Shown one piece after another: positions 45,592-51,405 of a stretch of 51,405 bases of DNA (position 1 is the first letter of the stretch; every line of letters begins with the position of its first letter). A program made the position numbers and the translations under genes. The notes beneath the pieces were generated by a model that saw nothing but the letters and a program-made list of their open reading frames with translations, made no database searches and was not told where the DNA came from. This DNA comes from a virus (lineage: Duplodnaviria > Caudoviricetes), in IMG/VR virus record IMGVR_UViG_3300044836_000039, positions 1 through 51,405 of that record. One strand, written 5' to 3'.

Positions 45592-45776
45592 GATGGCCCC
45601 CCGTTGCGGTGGAGGGGCTGCAGGGTGTGCCGGGTGCGGCCGGTGCGGCGTCGCCATTCGCGAACGTAGTCGGCGGCGGCCTGACGGCATGGTGCACAGA
45701 GCGTCTCGTTGTGGCGCTTGTGGCTGTTGGCGCCGGCGTAGGTGCCGCAGGTCTCCCGCACGATCGGGGGCTTCAT
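45588..45776 (-). CDS. Small CGT-H-CxxC zinc-finger protein
   Basis: CGTYAG...H....E..C.PC. Confidence 0.7.
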   Translation of the reverse strand: MKPPIVRETCGTYAGANSHKRHNETLCAPCRQAAADYVREWRRRTGRTRHTLQPLHRNGGPS

Positions 45777-46603
45777 GACGCCACCGCGATGGTGGGCCAG
45801 CGGACGGACTTGAGAGCGACCCGGTGGGAGTCGGGGACGACGTACAGACCGCTCAGGTGGTCCAGGCCGATGGCGTGCAACCAGAGGGCGTCGGCGCGGT
45901 TGTCGTCGCCGCAGGTCGCGACGTTCGGGAGCCGGCGGGCAGCAGACTCGATCATCGCGCCCTTGGGCCCGTTGCCCTTGCCGGTCGCGTATTTCTTCAG
46001 GGTGGCCGGGGCGACTTCAGCGACGGCGATGCCACGGTGCGCGAGGGCTTGCACGACGAGCCACCACAGCCCGGACCGGTCGTGCATGTGGCCGCTGTTC
46101 GTGCCGTACGACGGGCCCTCGACGACGACGAGCTGGGCGCCTTCGCAGTGCATGACGACCTCGGCGCGAATCTTGCGGAGCCGTGCGGTGCGGGTCGCGA
46201 GGCTGTCGTCCTTCTTGCCGGCTGAGCGGATCAGCCACGTCCGGTCGCCGTCGCTCATCCCGGTCCCGGTCAGCGACAGGTCGAGGCCGAGGACTTGGGG
46301 GGTCGGCGGCGTTGGCACGGCTCCCACGCCCAACGCCGCCGGCCTGGTCCCCTCCGGTTCCACCCGGAGAGCTAGTTGCCCGACCGGAGGTGTCTGCGCC
46401 GTGAGCGCACCCCCCCGGGTCACCTCCGGTCGGGCGCTGACCGCCCGGACGAGGCCTTCCCCTAACCCCATCCCGGCGGAGTCTCCGAGCAGCAACGCAG
46501 GTACGGCTCCGGGGTTCTGGTCCCCATCGTGACCGTCCTTCGCTGGAACGTGCGAAGAGGCGTTGACGCCGCTACTCGAAGCTGTGAGGTGCTGGCCGGT
46601 CAT
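45773..46603 (-). CDS. RuvC-like Holliday junction resolvase (long low-complexity N-terminus; start uncertain)
   Basis: LGLDLSLTGTG, VVEG, KKYATGKG, DNRADA. Confidence 0.85.
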   Translation of the reverse strand: MTGQHLTASSSGVNASSHVPAKDGHDGDQNPGAVPALLLGDSAGMGLGEGLVRAVSARPEVTRGGALTAQTPPVGQLALRVEPEGTRPAALGVGAVPTPPTPQVLGLDLSLTGTGMSDGDRTWLIRSAGKKDDSLATRTARLRKIRAEVVMHCEGAQLVVVEGPSYGTNSGHMHDRSGLWWLVVQALAHRGIAVAEVAPATLKKYATGKGNGPKGAMIESAARRLPNVATCGDDNRADALWLHAIGLDHLSGLYVVPDSHRVALKSVRWPTIAVAS

Positions 46604-47055
46604 CGGCTGCGTCCATCGAGGACGTCGGGGGCGTTATGGCGAGATGCGATCTCGGCTCGGCGGGCGTCGAAGTCGGGGTCAGATCGGGCTTTGAGAAGTG
46701 CCTCGGTGACCGGTCCCTGGTCGATGAACTCGGCGTTGATCTGGACGTGCTGATGGAAGCCGCAGCCGTCGCAGGACATGCTCGGCATGACCTGGCCGTA
46801 CTGCACCACCTGCCACGTCGGCCACGGCAGCATCGCTACGACACGCTCTCCACGCTCGCAGGTGTGCGCCTGCCAGACGTGGATGCCGTCCTCGTCCAGC
46901 CAGAACCGGGCCGAGATCGCGCCCGCGTTGCCGACCATCGGCTCCCACGACGGGCGCGGGCCGGGAGGCTCGCTGAAGACCCACCCGATGCGGTCGCCCT
47001 TCGTCTCTCGAAGCGCGATGGCGTCCGGTCGGTAGGGGTGCGCTGGTGTGCTCAT
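46600..47055 (-). CDS. Hypothetical protein (HxC ... PS..C..C..H)
   Basis: Coupled ORF with metal-binding motif. Confidence 0.6.
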   Translation of the reverse strand: MSTPAHPYRPDAIALRETKGDRIGWVFSEPPGPRPSWEPMVGNAGAISARFWLDEDGIHVWQAHTCERGERVVAMLPWPTWQVVQYGQVMPSMSCDGCGFHQHVQINAEFIDQGPVTEALLKARSDPDFDARRAEIASRHNAPDVLDGRSR

Positions 47056-47231
47056 CCGCGCCCGACCAGGTCAGCGAGCAGACCACCCACACCAGTGAGC
47101 ACCAGGGTCAGGGCGGCGAGCTCCAAGCACAGGACCTCAAGGATCGCCGTGTGCACCATCAACGCGACCAAGCCACCGATCGCCAACCAAGGAGCAGCGA
47201 TCGCCGCGGCCAACCACGACGCCCGCGTCAC
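47052..47231 (-). CDS. Small membrane protein
   Basis: Almost entirely hydrophobic. Confidence 0.5.
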   Translation of the reverse strand: MTRASWLAAAIAAPWLAIGGLVALMVHTAILEVLCLELAALTLVLTGVGGLLADLVGRG

Positions 47232-47509
47232 GCCGACACCCGGACGGCAGCGCCCGCATGGCCGGTCACGAGCTGCACCGCCGCGACATGCGCGCAAGGC
47301 GCGGGCCGGGTGCAGGTGCAGTCCCAGACCCCGTCGAGGAAATCCACCGCATAGGCCGGCCCGCCCTGCCGGGAGGACCGGACCCGGGCGATGACCTGAT
47401 CCACGACGTGGGACTGCTTCACGCAGTCCGCGCGGAGAACCGTCAAGCGACCCTCACGGAGCACCGACAGTGCCTTGGAGCGCAACGGAGACGCGGTGCT
47501 CGTGGTCAT
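47228..47509 (-). CDS. SWIM zinc-finger protein
   Basis: Y.V......W.CTC.....C.HV.A. Confidence 0.75.
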   Translation of the reverse strand: MTTSTASPLRSKALSVLREGRLTVLRADCVKQSHVVDQVIARVRSSRQGGPAYAVDFLDGVWDCTCTRPAPCAHVAAVQLVTGHAGAAVRVSA

Positions 47510-48480
47510 GCCTTCGTCGGGATCCGACCCCGCAGGTCGCGCAGGTAGTCCTCGACCTGCCGAGGTGTCGCCGCGTCGGTCGTGACTCCGTTCGACCAGC
47601 GCAGGAAGTCGCTGTCGACGTCGAAGTCCGCGGGCATGTCCGTCGCGGCGATGTCGATCTCCTGCCACAGCACGTCGATGTCAGGCACCACTTCCGCGTC
47701 GATGACACCCGTCGTCACGTCGACACCGTCCGGGTCGGCCGGCACGTCGGCAGCGGACACCGCGGGAGCGCCCTTCTCGGCCTGAACGTCGGCGGCAGCG
47801 CGGAGCTGCTCACGTAGGTACTCCGACGAGGTCGGCACGAACGGCTCGAGGCGGTGCACGACGGTCTTGAGAACCATCGCCTCTTCCCATTTCACCCACG
47901 GCGACGTCGGCTTGTCGCTGCCACGCGACATGGCCCGCACCTTCGCCAGGTAGCTCTGGTTGACGACGATGACCTTGCTGGTGCTGCCATCGCGCATCAC
48001 GGCGTAGGCGTAGGCGCCCAGGATCGGACCGCGGTCACCGAACCAGTCGACCTCGTGCTGCGGGCGGTCCATGTCGGGGGTGAAGTGGAAGACGTCGTTG
48101 CCGTGAACGACCTCGGCCTTGACGCTGCTGATCGCGCCGGCCCGGTACATCCGCTCGATAACGCCCCTATAGCCTTCCCAGCCTTCGACCTTCCCGCCCA
48201 TGGGGACGAGGTAGAACGCCTCGGTCCCGGGCTCGTGGCCGAGGCGCGCGGCCTCACGCAGCGCGAAGATCAGCGACGCCGGGTCGTTCTCGGCGGCCGT
48301 CTTGAGCTGCGGGTTCTTACGGAGCGCACCGACGGCGAGGCGGATGAACGTGTCGGCCTTGACGTGCGCGGGGAGCAGCTCGGCGAACTCGACGCGGTAC
48401 TGCGGGACGAGGTTCACGACGCTGCGGTCCTGCTGAGCAACGGCCGTGCTGACGCTGCCGTTGGGAGAGGTCTCGGTCAT
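47506..48480 (-). CDS. recT: RecT-family recombinase
   Basis: A.LG.EP....YLVP, GYRG, AYA, W....EAM..KTV. Confidence 0.92.
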   Translation of the reverse strand: MTETSPNGSVSTAVAQQDRSVVNLVPQYRVEFAELLPAHVKADTFIRLAVGALRKNPQLKTAAENDPASLIFALREAARLGHEPGTEAFYLVPMGGKVEGWEGYRGVIERMYRAGAISSVKAEVVHGNDVFHFTPDMDRPQHEVDWFGDRGPILGAYAYAVMRDGSTSKVIVVNQSYLAKVRAMSRGSDKPTSPWVKWEEAMVLKTVVHRLEPFVPTSSEYLREQLRAAADVQAEKGAPAVSAADVPADPDGVDVTTGVIDAEVVPDIDVLWQEIDIAATDMPADFDVDSDFLRWSNGVTTDAATPRQVEDYLRDLRGRIPTKA

Positions 48481-49448
48481 GGGGCGCTGGTCTCCTTGCT
48501 GATGGGGCCGGTCGGGTCCTTCGTCAGGGCGACGTCCGGACGCAGGAACGGTGGGTTGTCGCCGCGTCCGGGGACCCGGAGTGCGACGCGCTCGCCGAGG
48601 CAGACAGCGCGTCGTGCACGGCCCATCGCGTCGAGGACTTGGGAGGCGGTCAGGGACTTCACGCCGTCGGCTTCCTTGCAGGCGAGGAGCGCGTCGCGGT
48701 AGGCGTTGCGCAGCTCGAGGGGGATCTCGACGTCTTCGGGGTCGATGTCGGGGTGGAGCTCACGGACGGCCTGGTAGGTCGCTCCGTGGGTGTCGAGGTC
48801 GGGCCTGTCGTTGTCCCTCAGCCGGCGGATGAATTCGGCACCTGCGGTGCGCATCGTGTCGACGTCGGTCTGGTCGGCGTGGATCGTGTACTCGCGGTAG
48901 TCCTGGCCAGCGATCAGGACCGACAGGTCACCCACCGGCAGGCCCAGAACGTCGAGGTACCAGCGGAACTGGGCCAGGTAGTAGACCGGGACCTGGTCGC
49001 TGCCCTCATCACCCCAGCCGATGTCGTCGCGCGACACCTTGCCTTCCCACAGCCGAAACGGCACGTCCGGAGCGGGTCGGCGCCGCAGGCTGAGCAGGCC
49101 GTCGGGGTTCGCGAGTTGCCACGGCCGGTCGGTGTTGACGAACGTCCCGCACGGGCCGAGCTCGAACTCCGGGTGGTTGTCGAGGTACTTGCCGAGCAGG
49201 ACGGGCTCGAGGCGCTTGCCCCACTCCATCTCCGGGTTCTCGACCTGCTCCGCGATCTCGCCCCTCTTGCGGCACCACAACGAGAACTGGGACTCCCACG
49301 GGCTCAGGCCGAGAACGGCGGCGATCTCACTGCCGCCGAGCGCGACCTTGCGAGCCGCGTGCCACTCGCGGTCCTGGGGCGTCCAGGTCCCGAGGTAGAT
49401 GCCGCTGGGGGTGAGGCGTTCACCCACCTCCGGTGCGCTGGCGCTCAC
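48477..49448 (-). CDS. YqaJ-like (lambda-exo/RecE-type) exonuclease
   Basis: W...R...LGGSEIAA.LG, WG..LE, ANPDG, EGK, Y..Q..WY. Confidence 0.92.
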   Translation of the reverse strand: MSASAPEVGERLTPSGIYLGTWTPQDREWHAARKVALGGSEIAAVLGLSPWESQFSLWCRKRGEIAEQVENPEMEWGKRLEPVLLGKYLDNHPEFELGPCGTFVNTDRPWQLANPDGLLSLRRRPAPDVPFRLWEGKVSRDDIGWGDEGSDQVPVYYLAQFRWYLDVLGLPVGDLSVLIAGQDYREYTIHADQTDVDTMRTAGAEFIRRLRDNDRPDLDTHGATYQAVRELHPDIDPEDVEIPLELRNAYRDALLACKEADGVKSLTASQVLDAMGRARRAVCLGERVALRVPGRGDNPPFLRPDVALTKDPTGPISKETSAP

Positions 49449-50056
49449 TCGGCACCGGCCGCGTCGTCGGGCTCGCCGTCGTCGCCGTCGTCGCCGTCGT
49501 CGGACGGGTCGCTGTCGTCATCGGCGAGGGGTGGCATGCTGTCGGGCTTCGTCTCGGCCAGAACCCCTTGCGCGTAGGCGAACTCGCTCAGCTGGGCGAC
49601 GCTCTTGCACGCCTGCACCGATTCCGACGTCGCGTTCTCGACCCCGCCGAAGTAGTCGACGAACAGCGCGTCGACCTCGCCGATCGACATCTCCTGCTCG
49701 GAGGCCCAGTCCTTGATCATGTCGATCAGGGACTCGCGCTTTTCCTCATCGGAGGCGTCGAACAGCGCGGGCTGCTTCGCGAGGAACCCACCCTCGGCCC
49801 GGATCTGAGTGATGCGGTGCCGGAGCTGATCGATCTCGTGGGGGTCGCGGATCTCGACGGCGTGGATCGCGCCGTACCTGGTCTTCGTGACCCGGCCCTT
49901 CTCCTGCGTCTCCCCACCAACCCCAGCGGCTTCGACCTCGATGATGAGGAGCCGGCGGGTGCAGGTCCGGCCGGAGACCCAGTCCTGGAAGTCGGATTCG
50001 GAGTCTTGGCTGCGGATGGTGCCGCCGGGCAGGGCGGGCTTGAGGGTGGCGGACAT
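49445..50056 (-). CDS. Hypothetical protein with acidic tail
   Basis: 203 aa coupled ORF. Confidence 0.65.
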   Translation of the reverse strand: MSATLKPALPGGTIRSQDSESDFQDWVSGRTCTRRLLIIEVEAAGVGGETQEKGRVTKTRYGAIHAVEIRDPHEIDQLRHRITQIRAEGGFLAKQPALFDASDEEKRESLIDMIKDWASEQEMSIGEVDALFVDYFGGVENATSESVQACKSVAQLSEFAYAQGVLAETKPDSMPPLADDDSDPSDDGDDGDDGEPDDAAGAE

Positions 50057-50496
50057 CAGTCCGCCACGAGACGGAGCTCGTCGGCCTGCTCACGCTGCCG
50101 ACGAACCTCGTATCGGCCAGGAGCGATCCCGGTGTACGCGTGCTCAGGGTGCGCGAGGTAGGCCGTTGCGCCCTCGGGAACGTCGAGGATGCCCAGCAGC
50201 AGATCGGTGTCGGAGGCGGTGCGCTGGTCGAACATGACCGGGCCATCAGCGAGGAGCAGATGGGTGTTTCCGCCGCTCTCACCACGGACGACGGCGACGC
50301 CCTCGGGCGGGACGGGTGTTGTCGCGGACCCAGTCGTGATGGGGATGACCGCGACGTCACCCTGCATCTGTAGCCCGGACAGGATCGGGACGGTCGCGTC
50401 ACGGTCGAGGTGGTCGAGGACATCGACGCCGTAGCGGGTGACGGCCTGGGCGATGGTCATGCTGGACAAGGGGTGCTCCTTCAGGGTGGTGGTCAT
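50056..50496 (-). CDS. Conserved partner of the DUF6745 protein
   Basis: QGDV, G...H, L.HPEH, G.Y.VRRQRE...VAD. Confidence 0.8.
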   Translation of the reverse strand: MTTTLKEHPLSSMTIAQAVTRYGVDVLDHLDRDATVPILSGLQMQGDVAVIPITTGSATTPVPPEGVAVVRGESGGNTHLLLADGPVMFDQRTASDTDLLLGILDVPEGATAYLAHPEHAYTGIAPGRYEVRRQREQADELRLVAD

Positions 50497-51405
50497 GACC
50501 GGCGTTCGCAGGTCGCGTACTGCTTGGGGGTGAGGCCGTAGGTCCAGGCCGCGGCGGCGAGCGGTGTCTTGCAGGTCGCGGGGACGGTGAGGCCGTATCG
50601 GCGTCTGGTGCCGTCACGTTCGACGGTGCCGTTGGTGACGAGCAGGACCCGGACGTCGGCGTCGTAGATCGCGGTGGGGACGTCGTACAGGGCAAGGTCG
50701 TGGCCGGGGTTTCCCGGGTCGGGTTGCGCATCGCCGATCTGCTCGAGCTCGGCGTCGATGACGAACTTCGACCAGCCGAGTCGTTCGATGGCGCACCTGC
50801 GGATCTCGGTGTTGCGTTCGCGGAGGATGCGGCTGGTGTCCCAGCCGGTCTGGATGAGGTCGGCGGGGACCTGTGTGCCGTGCCAGGCGTAGATGGCCCA
50901 GCCGTCGGGGTAGAGCAGCGCGGGGCCAGTTTCGTGGTGGAGTCGGCCTTGGTTATCGCGGTGCAGCTGGGTGGGGCGTTCGGTGACGACGGCGACGTCG
51001 GGGGACGCGGGCCACCACCAGCCGGCGTTGCGGGCTACCTGGATCTGACCGCGGATGGGGTCGAGTCCGGTGACGCCGAGTTCGGCGTAGGTGTCGTAGT
51101 AGCTGTAGTAGCCGGCCCAGAGGTTCCCGGCGATGACGGTGCGGTACCACTGTCCGACCTGCGAGCCGACCTGCGAGCCGACCTGCGAGCCGACCTGCGA
51201 GTCGACCTGCGAGCGGACCTGCGAGCCGACCTGCGAGCCGACCTGCGAGCGGACCTGCGAGCCGACCTGCGAGCGGACCTGCGAGCGGACCTGCGAGCCG
51301 ACCTGCGAGCCGACCTGCGAGTCGACCTGCGAGTCGACCTGCGAGCGGACCTGCGAGCGGACCTGCGAGCGGACCTGCGAGCGGACCTGCGAGCCGACCT
51401 GCGAG
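50493..51405 (-). CDS. DUF6745-like protein, repeat region and C-terminal domain
   Basis: Own translation ...GWWWP...ERP..LHRD.QGRLH...GPA..YPDGW..YAWHG..VP...N.E.RR.AIE..GW...A.AWT; TGA at 50493-50495. Confidence 0.88.
   Translation of the reverse strand, partial: SQVGSQVRSQVRSQVRSQVRSQVDSQVDSQVGSQVGSQVRSQVRSQVGSQVRSQVGSQVGSQVRSQVDSQVGSQVGSQVGSQVGQWYRTVIAGNLWAGYYSYYDTYAELGVTGLDPIRGQIQVARNAGWWWPASPDVAVVTERPTQLHRDNQGRLHHETGPALLYPDGWAIYAWHGTQVPADLIQTGWDTSRILRERNTEIRRCAIERLGWSKFVIDAELEQIGDAQPDPGNPGHDLALYDVPTAIYDADVRVLLVTNGTVERDGTRRRYGLTVPATCKTPLAAAAWTYGLTPKQYATCERRS
51154..51405 (-). repeat. 21 x 12-bp coding tandem repeat (truncated by the window end)
   Basis: Same unit as 4-207; first 8 units identical, then a different order. 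Confidence 0.97.

Larger units (their letters stand above)
1..51405. mobile_element. Temperate actinobacterial siphophage genome, apparently complete, circular/excised form
   Basis: Full set of modules (immunity, integrase+attP, recombination, replication, packaging, head, tail, lysis); no host housekeeping genes; 1-99 identical to 51151-51249; unsplit attP. Confidence 0.93.

Noticed and set aside
51151-51249. Physical terminal direct repeat of the virion DNA
   Set aside because: The duplication is inside a coding tandem repeat where assemblers break; more likely a circular-assembly overlap
51154-51405. Diversity-generating retroelement (variable codon is NNC, as from AAC templates)
   Set aside because: No reverse transcriptase or AAC-containing template repeat is visible, and the A of CAG is invariant; slippage and recombination explain the pattern more simply

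Overview
The window looks like one essentially complete, circularly permuted genome (about 51.15 kb) of a high-GC temperate actinobacterial siphophage in its excised form. An intact attP carries the 3' half of tRNA-Arg(UCU). Bases 1-99 equal 51151-51249, and joining 51150 to 1 restores an in-frame DUF6745-like gene. Almost all genes are on the minus strand. In transcription order they are: early genes (Cro, DUF6745 pair, YqaJ/RecT, RuvC-like, HerA-like ATPase, C5 methyltransferase, replication initiator and helicase loader), then TerS, a mini-gene array and TerL, then a cluster-B-mycobacteriophage-like head and tail module, then lysis genes, attP and integrase. A plus-strand immunity island holds a repressor, an ImmA protease, a lipoprotein, a second paralogous HTH protein and DUF3263. 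Main unexplained signals: (1) ImmA, integrase and DUF3263 each have a TGTCNN-N10-(-10)-N6/7-ATG leaderless promoter resembling the PafBC/RecA-NDp DNA-damage promoter, suggesting a transcription-driven, LexA-independent induction circuit. (2) The repressor carries HEPN-like and PD-(D/E)xK-like motifs. (3) Four consecutive mini-genes share a junction box encoding SDQ. (4) A 12-bp coding repeat array varies at only one codon and appears as two alleles. (5) A second tyrosine recombinase lacks catalytic box I and sits inside the structural module. (6) A palindromic TTGACGCGTCAA-type motif marks late promoters. All family assignments come from motif recognition by eye; no database searches were run.
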